31,992 nt of DNA from Terrimicrobiaceae bacterium (lineage in GTDB: Bacteria; Verrucomicrobiota; Verrucomicrobiia; Chthoniobacterales; Terrimicrobiaceae), in contig JBGSVZ010000003.1 in NCBI GenBank assembly GCA_041752695.1, forward strand, positions 1 to 31,992, written 5' to 3'. Below are positions 8,486 to 17,566 of this stretch, one piece after another; the first letter of the stretch is position 1, and the number at the start of each line of letters is the position of its first letter. Under the pieces are notes generated by a model. That model did no database searches. It was not told the origin of the DNA and was given only the letters and a program-made list of their open reading frames with translations. The position numbers were made by a program, and so were the translations under genes.

Positions 8486-9832
8486 TCAATCCCAGAGTTT
8501 GTCGAGTCCGCGCCGGATGCCCCCGAACAACTCGTCCACTTCCGCGTGGGTGATGACGAGCGGCGGGGCCAACGCAATTAGATCGCGAATGCCACGCACC
8601 ATCACGTTTTCCTCGCGAATGAGGGACCAGGCTTTCAAACCCAGCATCGACGTGGGAGTGAGGGCCTCGCGCCCTCCCCGCGGGACCAATTCCAGGGCGC
8701 CGATGAGGCCCGTGCCGCGCGCCTCGGAGACCGCGGGGTGGGCTTTCATTTCCTGGAGTTTGCCTTGAAAATACGGACCGATGTCGTCCTTGACGCGAGG
8801 GATGAGCTTCAGGTTTTCGATCACCTCCAGGTTGGCCAGCGCGGCCGCGGCACACGTCGGATGGCCGCTGTAGGTGAATCCGTGGGCAAAATAACCCCCG
8901 GTCAGCATCGCCTCCGCGACCTCATCGCTCATCATGGTGGCACCGAGCGGCAGATAACCGCTGGTGAGCCCCTTCGCCAGACAGATCAAGTCGGGATCCA
9001 GATCCCACATATTACTGGCAAACCAATCGCCCACCCGGCCAAACGCGGTGATCACTTCATCCGCGACAAAAAGGATGTCGTTCTCGCGGCAGATCTGACG
9101 CAGAACCGCGAGATAACCGTCGGGCGGAACAATGACCCCGCCAGCGCCCTGCACCGGCTCGACAAACATCGCCGCGATGGTGTCCGCGCCCTGCTCGGCG
9201 ATGATGCGGCGGGTTTCTTCGAGACACCATTTCCCGTAATCCTCGTCCGAGAGTTCGGTTTTTGCCCCATAGGAATAAGGTCCGGGAACATGCACAAACC
9301 CTGGCAGGGGCAGATCGAACGGCTGCTGGCAGTTCGGCAGGCCCGTCATGCTGGTCGTTGCCAGGGTCACCCCATGGTAGGCAAACGTGCGGGTGAGAAT
9401 GGTCCTTTTCTCCGGCCGTCCCTTGAGCTTCCAATAACCCCGGATGACTTTGAGCGCTGTCTCGTTCGCCTCGGATCCCGAATTGGAAAATACCGTCCGG
9501 TTGACCCTCGCCGGAGCCCGCTGGGCGAGAAATTCCGCCACCCGGATCGCCGGCTCGGTGGTGGAGTTAAAAAACGAGGGATAATAGGGCAGACGTTCCA
9601 TCTGCTGCGTGACGGCCCGGACGATGGCCGCGCAGTTGTACCCGACATTGACGCACCACAACCCGGCAAGGCCGTCGAGGATGCGTTTCCCGCCCTCATC
9701 GATGAAATAACACTCGTCCCCTTCCGTAACGATATGCGTGCCAGCCGCATGCAAGTCGGCATGATTGGTGAAGGGGTGCAACTGATACTGACGGTCCTTG
9801 GCTTGAAGTTCGGCAATCGAGGGAGAGCTCAT
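8486..9832 (-). CDS. Class-III PLP aminotransferase (omega-amino acid/putrescine transaminase-like)
   Basis: LHPFT, DGLAGLWCVNVGY, NSGSEANET, AYHG, EPVQGAGGVI, ADEVITAFGR, AKGLTSGYLPLGA (PLP lysine), HGFTYSGHP. Confidence 0.95.
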   Translation of the reverse strand: MSSPSIAELQAKDRQYQLHPFTNHADLHAAGTHIVTEGDECYFIDEGGKRILDGLAGLWCVNVGYNCAAIVRAVTQQMERLPYYPSFFNSTTEPAIRVAEFLAQRAPARVNRTVFSNSGSEANETALKVIRGYWKLKGRPEKRTILTRTFAYHGVTLATTSMTGLPNCQQPFDLPLPGFVHVPGPYSYGAKTELSDEDYGKWCLEETRRIIAEQGADTIAAMFVEPVQGAGGVIVPPDGYLAVLRQICRENDILFVADEVITAFGRVGDWFASNMWDLDPDLICLAKGLTSGYLPLGATMMSDEVAEAMLTGGYFAHGFTYSGHPTCAAAALANLEVIENLKLIPRVKDDIGPYFQGKLQEMKAHPAVSEARGTGLIGALELVPRGGREALTPTSMLGLKAWSLIREENVMVRGIRDLIALAPPLVITHAEVDELFGGIRRGLDKLWD

Positions 9833-10003
9833 GGAAAAAAATTACCACCTTTCCCCGCGAAATACCAGCGCTCCGGAAGCCCTTTCGGTCTTGCCGCATT
9901 CCGAGACTTTACACGGCGGGATGGTGGGAGGCCCTTGGAATTACGCCGCTTTTTGCCAACGATTGCTTGTCGGGCAAGCCCGGGCGGGAGATCGTCAGAC
10001 GGT

Positions 10004-11113
10004 ATGCGCCATATTTTTGTTTCCGGCTGCTATGACATCATCCACGCGGGCCATGTGCAGTTTTTCCGCGAAGCCAAGGCGCTGGGCGATTTTTTGACCG
10101 TTTCCTTCGCGTCCTCGGAAGTTCTCTGGGCGCACAAACAGCGCCGGTCTTCCCTTCCCGACGAACACAAGAAGGGGATTCTGGAAGCGTTGGCCGTGGT
10201 GGACCAAGTGGTGATCGGGACCGGGCAGGAACACGGGCTCGATTTTTTGGAGGAGTTCCGACGCCTGCGACCCAGCGTGCTCGCGGTCACGGAGGACGAT
10301 CAATACGCCCCAATCAAAAAAGCGCTCTGCGCGGAAATTGGGGCGGAGTACGTCGTGCTCCCAAAGACGCCTCCGCAGTACGAGCCCGTCTCCACCACCC
10401 AACTGGTAAAGTGGATTCGGGCTCCCATGGACGCACCGCTGCGCGTCGATTTCGCGGGCGGCTGGCTGGACGTCCCCCGGTTTGCCCGACCGGGCGCTTC
10501 GGTCGTTAACTGCGCCATTCAACCCAAGGTCTCCCTCCGCGATTGGACATACGAACGCAATGCCGGACTGGGCGGAAGTGGCGCGTGGGCCTTGCTCAAT
10601 GGACACTCCGGAATTGAAGAGGAACTTAACCTTGGCGTGGGCTGGCAGGATCCTGCCGTGATCCGCGAGACCGGCCTCTGCGTTTGGCGCAGCGGACCAC
10701 AGCCCTCGCTGGAGTTTAAGACCGACGGAGCCATGCTCGACGGTCGGATGGCCCTGCTTTGGACAGGCACATCGCACGACACTCCCGGCATGGCGGAAGC
10801 CCCGCGGAACTACGACGCCATTGAAGCAGCTGGCCGTCTCGCCCGCGCAGCGGTGCTTTCCACCGATCCCGCCAAACTTGGCGCAGCCATGGAGGCTTCC
10901 CTCGCGGTGCAGGTCGCCGAGGGCATGACTCTCCTGCCCGAGGCTCCGGGATGCCTGGGGCGCAAATACTGTGGAGGAGGATTTGGCGGGTATGCGGTTT
11001 ATCTTTTTGCCGCGCCGGCAATGAGAGCCAGTTTCCTCGCCAGCCAACCGGCCGGCCGGCCGATTGAGCCCTATTCCAGCTGGGAAGAACTCACTTCCCG
11101 TGACGCGGGATAG
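10004..11113 (+). CDS. Fusion of a cytidylyltransferase-like (HxGH) nucleotidyltransferase and a compact GHMP-kinase-like domain
   Basis: N-terminal [11 protein letters not shown]...STT. C-terminal [35 protein letters not shown]. Real start is the ATG at 10004; the 791-aa ORF-track version is an antisense extension over the aminotransferase. Confidence 0.85.
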   Translation: MRHIFVSGCYDIIHAGHVQFFREAKALGDFLTVSFASSEVLWAHKQRRSSLPDEHKKGILEALAVVDQVVIGTGQEHGLDFLEEFRRLRPSVLAVTEDDQYAPIKKALCAEIGAEYVVLPKTPPQYEPVSTTQLVKWIRAPMDAPLRVDFAGGWLDVPRFARPGASVVNCAIQPKVSLRDWTYERNAGLGGSGAWALLNGHSGIEEELNLGVGWQDPAVIRETGLCVWRSGPQPSLEFKTDGAMLDGRMALLWTGTSHDTPGMAEAPRNYDAIEAAGRLARAAVLSTDPAKLGAAMEASLAVQVAEGMTLLPEAPGCLGRKYCGGGFGGYAVYLFAAPAMRASFLASQPAGRPIEPYSSWEELTSRDAG

Positions 11114-11204
11114 GAAAAATGCTCCAACTGACGGGATCTTGGCCGGGCTGCGTCGGAGGAAAACGGGGCAACCTGTGTCGTCTGCACGTCCCCCCGGAAC
11201 CCGC

Positions 11205-11232
11205 TTGTTCCCGGCTTGTGGTGTGATAAAAT
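11205..11232 (+). promoter_or_regulatory. Candidate sigma70 promoter for the ribBA operon
   Basis: TTGTTC-16 nt-TAAAAT with an extended -10 (TGaTAAAAT), 19 nt before the ATG at 11252. Confidence 0.4.
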
Positions 11233-11251
11233 CGGTCCCCTCACCCGCTTC

Positions 11252-12451
11252 ATGAAAACGCCCTTCCATACCATTCCCGAGGCCATCGCCGATATCCGCA
11301 AAGGCCGCATGGTGATCGTCACCGATGATGCCGACCGGGAGAACGAAGGAGATCTTGTGATGGCCGCATCCAAGGTCACCGCCGCGGCGGTCAATTTTAT
11401 GGCCAAACACGGCCGGGGACTCATCTGCGCTCCCGTCACCGAAGACCGCGCCCAAAAACTCGGCCTGCAGCGGATGGTCGCTCACAACCGGGAGATGTAC
11501 GCGACGGACTTCACCGTGTCCGTGGATGCCGCCAAAGGCGTCACCACCGGCATCAGCGCCAACGACCGCGCCGCCACGATCCGCGTGCTGGTCAATGCCG
11601 ACTCGATCCCCGCAGATCTCGTCCAGCCCGGGCATGTCTTTCCCCTTCAAGCGCGCACCGGGGGCGTTCTGCGCCGCGCCGGACACACCGAAGCCTCCGT
11701 CGACCTTGCCCGCCTCGCCGGCCAGGACCCTTCGGCCGTGATTTGCGAAATCCTCAACGAGGACGGCACGATGGCCCGCCTGCCGCAGTTGATCAGGTTC
11801 GGCAAAAAACACGGCCTGAAAATCTGCAGCATCGAGGATCTCATTGCCTACCGGCGCAAGCAGGAAAAGCTGGTCGAGCGCGAACAGACCGTCCTCATGC
11901 CGACGGATTACGGCGATTTCGACCTCCACCTCTTTCGTTCCACCGTGGACGACCGCCATCACATCGCACTGGTCAAAGGGAAAATTTCCCCGCAGGTCCC
12001 CACGCTCGTGCGCGTGCACAGTGAATGCCTCACCGGCGATGTCTTCGGATCCCGCCGCTGCGACTGCGGCCCTCAGCTGCACAAGGCAATGCAGCAGATC
12101 AGCGACGCGGGCTCCGGCGTGCTCGTGTACATGCGCCAGGAGGGACGGGGCATCGGTCTCGGTCCGAAGATCCATGCCTACAAACTGCAGGAACAGGGGC
12201 TCGACACCGTCGAGGCCAACGAAAAGCTCGGCTTTCCGGGCGACCTCCGCGACTACGGTCTCGGCGCGCAAATCCTCGTCGATCTGGGGGTGAAAAAAAT
12301 CCGTCTGCTCACCAACAACCCCCGCAAAGTGGTCGGCCTCGAGGGGTATGACCTCGAGATCGTCGAACAGGTTCCCATCAAGTCCCCGTCGAATCCGCAC
12401 AACGAAAAATACCTCGCCACCAAGAAAAAGAAAATGGGGCACCTGCTGTGA
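11252..12451 (+). CDS. ribBA: Bifunctional 3,4-dihydroxy-2-butanone-4-phosphate synthase / GTP cyclohydrolase II
   Basis: [61 protein letters not shown]. Confidence 0.97.
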   Translation: MKTPFHTIPEAIADIRKGRMVIVTDDADRENEGDLVMAASKVTAAAVNFMAKHGRGLICAPVTEDRAQKLGLQRMVAHNREMYATDFTVSVDAAKGVTTGISANDRAATIRVLVNADSIPADLVQPGHVFPLQARTGGVLRRAGHTEASVDLARLAGQDPSAVICEILNEDGTMARLPQLIRFGKKHGLKICSIEDLIAYRRKQEKLVEREQTVLMPTDYGDFDLHLFRSTVDDRHHIALVKGKISPQVPTLVRVHSECLTGDVFGSRRCDCGPQLHKAMQQISDAGSGVLVYMRQEGRGIGLGPKIHAYKLQEQGLDTVEANEKLGFPGDLRDYGLGAQILVDLGVKKIRLLTNNPRKVVGLEGYDLEIVEQVPIKSPSNPHNEKYLATKKKKMGHLL

Positions 12452-12462
12452 AACCCCAGCAG

Positions 12463-12570
12463 GAGTGAGGGCGAAGGGGAAAGTGAAAGGGGGCCCCCCC
12501 AATTTTCACTCGCACTCCGCCTCCGCCGGCCTCACTTTCCCTTTCACTCTCATTTTCACTTTCACTCTCT
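12463..12570. repeat. Degenerate hexamer array: (AGTGAA)-like units facing (TTCACT)-like units
   Basis: gagtgagggcgaaggggaaagtgaaa ... ttttcactcgcactcc...ctcactttccctttcactctcattttcactttcactctc fills the ribBA-ribH spacer. Confidence 0.7.
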
Positions 12571-12571
12571 G

Positions 12572-13057
12572 ATGTCCACCGCTCATCCCATCCGCCCTCG
12601 CATGGTTGGCAAGGCCCCCCTTTCCTTCGCCATCGTTGCAGGGCAATATAATCTCACGTACACTCAGGGACTCGTCGACCACGCGCAACAGGAACTGACC
12701 GAACTCGAGCCCGGCTCGAACACCCGTCTGGTCTGGGCTCCCGGGGCCTTTGAGATTCCGCTCTTCGTAAAAATGCTCGCCTCGCAGAAAAAAATGAGCG
12801 CCATCCTCGCGCTCGGGGTTGTCCTCCAAGGCGAGACGGCTCATGCCACGCTGATTACCCAGACGGTCACATCCGCCCTGATGGACCTTTCTCTCGAGTT
12901 CGGCGTTCCCGTGATTAACGAAGTCCTCCTGCTCGACAGCGAAGAACAGGCCGAAGCCCGCTGCCACGGCGTCGAAATCAACCGCGGCGTCGAGGCCGCC
13001 CGCGCTGCCGTGGCCGCCGCCCGCACGGTGCGCGAACTCACCCCGAAGCCCCACTAA
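12572..13057 (+). CDS. ribH: 6,7-dimethyl-8-ribityllumazine synthase
   Basis: AIVAGQYN, PGAFEIP, LGVVLQGETAH, EQAEAR, NRGVEAA; lies between ribBA and nusB. Confidence 0.93.
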   Translation: MSTAHPIRPRMVGKAPLSFAIVAGQYNLTYTQGLVDHAQQELTELEPGSNTRLVWAPGAFEIPLFVKMLASQKKMSAILALGVVLQGETAHATLITQTVTSALMDLSLEFGVPVINEVLLLDSEEQAEARCHGVEINRGVEAARAAVAAARTVRELTPKPH

Positions 13058-13060
13058 CCC

Positions 13061-13510
13061 ATGGGTGTCCGACGTGAAGGCCGCGAAGCAGCGGTGCAAT
13101 ATCTTTACCTCCGCGACCTCAGCGGCGACTGCAATTTGCTGAGCTTTTACAAATTCCGCGGTCTGAGCCCCGCCGCCCGCCGCTTCTGCGACACTCTGGT
13201 TCATGGCGCGACGGAGCACCTCAAGTCCATCGACGAAACCATCCAGAAGAGCACGCAGAATTACGAGTTGAACCGCATCTCCGTGGTGGATCGCAACGTG
13301 CTGCGGGTGGCACTTTTCGAAATGCTGTACTGTCCCGATACCCCACCCGTCGTCTCCATTAACGAAGCCATCGAGATCGCGAAAAAATACAGCACCGAGG
13401 AGTCTGGCCGGTTCGTCAATGGCGTGCTCGACCAGATCCGACATACCCTCAACCGTCCCGCCCGCACGCCCGGCAAGGCCGGGAGTGAAAATGAAAGTGA
13501 AAGGGCGTAG
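13061..13510 (+). CDS. nusB: Transcription antitermination factor NusB
   Basis: RREGREAAVQYLY, VDRNVLR, VSINEAIEIAKKYS..SGRFVNGVLD. Confidence 0.96.
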   Translation: MGVRREGREAAVQYLYLRDLSGDCNLLSFYKFRGLSPAARRFCDTLVHGATEHLKSIDETIQKSTQNYELNRISVVDRNVLRVALFEMLYCPDTPPVVSINEAIEIAKKYSTEESGRFVNGVLDQIRHTLNRPARTPGKAGSENESERA

Positions 13511-13546
13511 TGATTCGCCACTTTCACCTTCTCTTTCACTCGTCAC
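13483..13546. repeat. Second AGTGAA/TTCACT hexamer inverted array, spanning the nusB stop
   Basis: gagtgaaaatgaaagtgaaagggcg-tagtgatt-cgccactttcaccttctctttcactc. Confidence 0.7.
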
Positions 13547-13557
13547 CTTTTTAGGCC

Positions 13558-14406
13558 ATGGCTCTTGGTTTTCTTAAGACCTTCGTCGCCAAATTCAGCG
13601 CCCAGCCGGTCGATTGGGACGAACTCGAGGAGACTCTCATCCGGGCGGACCTCGGCGTCCCGCTCACCCTGCGTATGCTCGATGCCGTCCGGGAACGCGG
13701 TAAAGAAGTGACCGCCCAGACCGCGTCCGAAGTTTGCAAAGAAGAAATCCTCAAGGTCCTTCCCGTTGGCAATCCGCCCATCCGTCCGCTGCCCGCCAAA
13801 CCCAAAGCCATCCTGATGATCGGAGTTAATGGCACCGGCAAAACCACCACCTCTGCCAAGATGGCCCATTGGTTCAAAACCAACCGCCACACCTGCCTGT
13901 TGGTCGCGGCCGATACATTCCGTGCCGCCGCCATCGAGCAACTCGAAACTTGGGGCAGCCGCCTGGGCGTCGAAGTGATGAAAGGTCAGTACGGCGGGGA
14001 CTCCGCCGCCCTTTGCTACGACGCGTGGTCCAGCGCTCACCGCCGCAATATCGAATTTCTCCTTTGTGACACTGCCGGCCGCCTCCACACCAAGGACAAC
14101 CTGATGCAGGAACTGTCCAAGGTTAAACGCACCCTCGCCAAACACGACGCCGATGCCCCGCACGAGCGCCTCCTCGTCGTCGATGCCACCACCGGCTCAA
14201 ATGCCCTGGTGCAGGCTAAGGAATTCCACCAGGCTGCCGGGCTAACTGGCATCGTCCTGACCAAACTCGATGGCAGCGGCAAAGGAGGAGTGGCCGTCGC
14301 CATTCAGCACGAACTCGGCATCCCTACCCGCTTTATCGGAACGGGGGAGAAAGTCACGGACTTCGCCGCCTTCGACCGCGAGGTCTTTGTGAACCGGATG
14401 CTCTAG
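13558..14406 (+). CDS. ftsY: Signal recognition particle receptor FtsY (no acidic A domain)
   Basis: LEETLIRADLG, GVNGTGKTTT, DTFRAAAIEQL, DTAGRLH, TKLDGSGKGG, FIGTGEK. Confidence 0.97.
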   Translation: MALGFLKTFVAKFSAQPVDWDELEETLIRADLGVPLTLRMLDAVRERGKEVTAQTASEVCKEEILKVLPVGNPPIRPLPAKPKAILMIGVNGTGKTTTSAKMAHWFKTNRHTCLLVAADTFRAAAIEQLETWGSRLGVEVMKGQYGGDSAALCYDAWSSAHRRNIEFLLCDTAGRLHTKDNLMQELSKVKRTLAKHDADAPHERLLVVDATTGSNALVQAKEFHQAAGLTGIVLTKLDGSGKGGVAVAIQHELGIPTRFIGTGEKVTDFAAFDREVFVNRML

Positions 14407-14456
14407 GCCGCAGCGCGGAAAACCCACGTTTTCCGGCCCGGCCTCCCTCGACGGAC

Positions 14457-14732
14457 CTAAGGTGCCGCGTTGGCACCCACCGCCGCAGCCCCGATCCCCA
14501 GAACCAGCGCCGCGATACCGATCACGAGTCCCACGATCAGGAACACGCAGCCAATGATTCCCAGAATCCGGCCAATATTGGTCATGTCCTTGCCCGAGGG
14601 ATCCATCGTTCCCGCCGCAATAGCCTTCAAATCCGCATTGCCCATTACCCAGGCAAAAATGCCCAGGGGCTGACAAAGAATTATGCTAAGAACTCCCAAA
14701 ACGAGAATTAGAGTGGCGCGGTGTGGTTTCAT
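14457..14732 (-). CDS. Small membrane protein, DUF4190-like
   Basis: MKPHRATLILVLGVLSII..GIFAWVMGNADL..MDPSG..GRILGIIG; two hydrophobic segments; ATG at 14732. Confidence 0.8.
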   Translation of the reverse strand: MKPHRATLILVLGVLSIILCQPLGIFAWVMGNADLKAIAAGTMDPSGKDMTNIGRILGIIGCVFLIVGLVIGIAALVLGIGAAAVGANAAP

Positions 14733-14806
14733 GGCGTCGGCATAATGCTCATCCGTGGATGAAAGGCAAGCCCTTCGTCCTCCGATTTCGCTAGGGGCAG
14801 GTATCT

Positions 14807-16405
14807 CTACAGCCGTCCTTCCATCACCGCCTCGACTAATCGCGCGGCGAGCGGCTCGGTCAGTTTGTCGAGTTCGTTGAGGGCGGATTTTAGTTTCTGC
14901 AAAGATCGGACCTCTTTCGCGCGACGGACCTTTTCCACCGCGGCCGCGATCGCCTCGCATTCCTCCGGCGCGGCCTCCCCGCCGAGTTGTGCCAGCGCGG
15001 CTTCGACGGCAGGGAGCATCTCGTCCGCCTTGAGGCAGGCTTCGGCAAACTGCCGGTCATCCATGTCCTCGAAAGCGTGTTCGAGAGAATCGGCCAGCAT
15101 TTTTTCCACCGCTTCGTCCGTTACTTCGACCGCACTGACAATTTCCACCTTGGTATCAGCCGCGGTGGCCACATCTCGCACCAGCACGTGGAGCAGGCCA
15201 CTGGCGTCGATTTCAAATTGTACCCCCACCCTCGCCTGACCCCGCGCGGCGGGTGTGAAGGGGATTTCGAATTCCCCTAATTTCCAGTTGTCTTTCGCCA
15301 TCTCGCGCTCGCCCTGCAGGACCGATATCCGCATGGACGTTTGGTTCACCGCCGCATTGGTAAACATCTCGCCGGCCTTGCACGGGATGGTCGTGTTGCG
15401 CGGAATCAGCACATTCATCAGGCCACCAAAGGTCTCGATCCCCAGAGAAAGCGGTGTCACATCCAGCAGCGTCACATTTTGCACCGTTCCATCCAAAATG
15501 CCGGCCTGAATGACCGCCCCCACAGCGACGGCCTCATCGGGATGCTGGCTGGTATTGGGCTCCCGCTGAAAAAGGTCCCGCACAAACTCCCGAACCAGCG
15601 GCATCCGCGTGGACCCGCCCACCAGAATGACTTCGTCCAGATCGTCCACTGCCAGGTTGGCGTCATGCAGGGAACGCAAACAGAGGCCGCGCGTTCGTTC
15701 GATAATCGGACGACAAACATCCGCGATTTCTGAGGGCTGATGGTCGGCTGTCGATTGTTCCTTCAGTTGCCGGGCTTCGAGCCGGCTGATATCAAACGCG
15801 GCGGCAATGGCGGCATCGAAGTCATCACCACCGAGCTGGGTGTCGCCATTGGTAGAGAGCACATTGAAGACCCCGCCGCTCAGTTCCAAAATCGAAATGT
15901 CAAACGTGCCGCCGCCCAGATCGTAGACCGCCACCTTGGATTTTTCACCCAATTTATCCAGCCCGTATGCCAGCGCCGCCGCGGTCGGCTCCGCCAGCAA
16001 ACGCTCGACGATAAATCCCGCCATCTCCCCCGCCCGCTTGGTGGCCGCCCGCTGGCTGTCGTTGAAATACGCCGGGACGGTGATCACGGCGCGCTCCACA
16101 GAAATGCCAAGGGAGCGCTCCGCGTCGGCTTTGAGTTTTTCGAGGATCCGGGCGGAAACTTCCTCGGGCGAGACGCCGCTCCCGCCCACCGTCGTTTGCC
16201 GTCCGATCAGCCGCTTCACGGAGAGAAGAACCTCGTCCCGATGCGCCAGCGCCTCACGGCCCACCACGGGCGAACCTCCCACCGGCCACCACACCGCCGA
16301 GGGGGTGAGACGACTGCCGGATTCGTCCGCAAACAAAAGAGGAAAACCCGAATCCATCGCCCCGATCAGCGAATTCGTGGTGCCGAGATCAATGCCAACT
16401 ATCAT
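14807..16405 (-). CDS. hscA: Hsp70-family chaperone, HscA-like (compact)
   Basis: [56 protein letters not shown]; lies downstream of iscA-like and hscB-like genes. Confidence 0.85.
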   Translation of the reverse strand: MIVGIDLGTTNSLIGAMDSGFPLLFADESGSRLTPSAVWWPVGGSPVVGREALAHRDEVLLSVKRLIGRQTTVGGSGVSPEEVSARILEKLKADAERSLGISVERAVITVPAYFNDSQRAATKRAGEMAGFIVERLLAEPTAAALAYGLDKLGEKSKVAVYDLGGGTFDISILELSGGVFNVLSTNGDTQLGGDDFDAAIAAAFDISRLEARQLKEQSTADHQPSEIADVCRPIIERTRGLCLRSLHDANLAVDDLDEVILVGGSTRMPLVREFVRDLFQREPNTSQHPDEAVAVGAVIQAGILDGTVQNVTLLDVTPLSLGIETFGGLMNVLIPRNTTIPCKAGEMFTNAAVNQTSMRISVLQGEREMAKDNWKLGEFEIPFTPAARGQARVGVQFEIDASGLLHVLVRDVATAADTKVEIVSAVEVTDEAVEKMLADSLEHAFEDMDDRQFAEACLKADEMLPAVEAALAQLGGEAAPEECEAIAAAVEKVRRAKEVRSLQKLKSALNELDKLTEPLAARLVEAVMEGRL

Positions 16406-16444
16406 TCGGTAAAGCCTGAACGCTCAGCCGCCGACGTTCAACGC

Positions 16445-17023
16445 TCATCTCCGGAGATCAGCCAATGGCTGGTTTTCCAGGAGGAACCGTTTCTCCTGAA
16501 TTTCCTCGTCCCAGCGGGAGAGAAAGTGCCACTCAGCCGCAATTTTTTCCAGGGAGGAGGCAGACGATTTCCCCCACTCCGCGTCGATGGCGGCGATCTG
16601 CCCCCGCAGGTCCGCCCGCCGTTCTGCCACGCGCTGCGCGACGCGGCCCAGCCTTTTGCCCGCCTGGACGCACTCGGCCGACAGCGAGGCCCGTGCAATG
16701 GCGGACTGGGCGGCCAGCATTTTTGCCGAGACCTTCTTCACAAAGTCGAGCGCTCCGGCCACTTCGAGGAACAGTTCCGCGGAGGGCTGAAAACTCCCGT
16801 CCGACGGTTTTATAAATCCTTCCAGCGCCAGCAAATGGCGCAGCCTCGACGCCGGATCGAGAAGGGTCTGACGCGCCTCCTGCAACTCGCGGAATTTTTC
16901 CAGATCCCCTCCTGCCGCATCGGGGTGCCAGGCGGCCGCCAGGCGCAGATACGTTTCCTGCAGGACCGTCTCTTCAAGGCCCGGACGCCGGGGCAACCCC
17001 AGCACCGCAAAATAATCGGTCAC
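16445..17023 (-). CDS. hscB: J-domain co-chaperone, HscB-like
   Basis: GTG start overlaps the iscA stop (GTGA). DYFAVLGL..WHPD..EARQTLLDP..RLRHLL followed by a helical C-domain. Confidence 0.8.
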   Translation of the reverse strand: MTDYFAVLGLPRRPGLEETVLQETYLRLAAAWHPDAAGGDLEKFRELQEARQTLLDPASRLRHLLALEGFIKPSDGSFQPSAELFLEVAGALDFVKKVSAKMLAAQSAIARASLSAECVQAGKRLGRVAQRVAERRADLRGQIAAIDAEWGKSSASSLEKIAAEWHFLSRWDEEIQEKRFLLENQPLADLRR

Positions 17024-17391
17024 GCGGAGAAACTTTCGCCGCAGGAACAATGGGCGACGGCATTCGGGTTTGTCACCTTAAAGCCGCCTTTTTGCAGGTC
17101 GTCGCTGAAATCCAACTCCGAGCCGCTGACGAACAACGCGCTTTTGGGATCAATGACCACCTTCACCTGATTCGACTGGACCACAATATCGCGATTCGCC
17201 GGGCCGTCCACCAGGTCCATTTTATATTGCAGACCGGAACATCCACCGCCAATCACGGCCACTCGCAGCGCCCCTTCCGCACGGCCCTGCTTCTCCAGCA
17301 ACGAACGCAACCGCGCGCTCGCCGCGTCGAGCACACGGATCAGCTTTTCGTTCCCGATCCGGAAATTCGTCGGAGGTTTTGCAGTTTCCAT
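17020..17391 (-). CDS. A-type Fe-S cluster carrier (HesB/IscA/ErpA family)
   Basis: GGGCSGLQY, FKVTNPNA, CSCGESF. Confidence 0.95.
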   Translation of the reverse strand: METAKPPTNFRIGNEKLIRVLDAASARLRSLLEKQGRAEGALRVAVIGGGCSGLQYKMDLVDGPANRDIVVQSNQVKVVIDPKSALFVSGSELDFSDDLQKGGFKVTNPNAVAHCSCGESFSA

Positions 17392-17447
17392 CTGAGCGAC
17401 GGTAACGCGGGACGGGGGGGATGGCAAGAGGCCCTCAGAATGTATGC

Positions 17448-17476
17448 CTCCTGAAAATAAGTGAAATTTTCAGGAG
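17448..17476. promoter_or_regulatory. Perfect 11-bp inverted repeat in a divergent promoter region (candidate operator)
   Basis: CTCCTGAAAAT-aagtgaa-ATTTTCAGGAG between the iscA-like gene and the DUF4331 gene. Confidence 0.5.
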
Positions 17477-17566
17477 CGGGTCAATGGGGAGGAGCGTAAT
17501 CGGCTGTAACGGGACCGCAATCTGCGGGCCTCTCACAAAACCACCCATGAAAACCGGAGTTCACAA

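Noticed and set aside
8738..10003. N-terminal ~420 aa of the 791-aa ORF
   Set aside because: It is an antisense shadow of the aminotransferase. Recognisable protein starts at the ATG at 10004.
11114..11251. FMN riboswitch upstream of ribBA
   Set aside because: None of the conserved RFN blocks (such as GGGTGAAATTCCC/ACCGGCGGT) are visible.
9995..12502. 835-aa minus-strand ORF, and similar long antisense ORFs at 21201-22976, 15740-17170 and 25104-26228
   Set aside because: They are shadows of well-supported genes on the opposite strand, as expected in high-GC DNA, and have no recognisable motifs.
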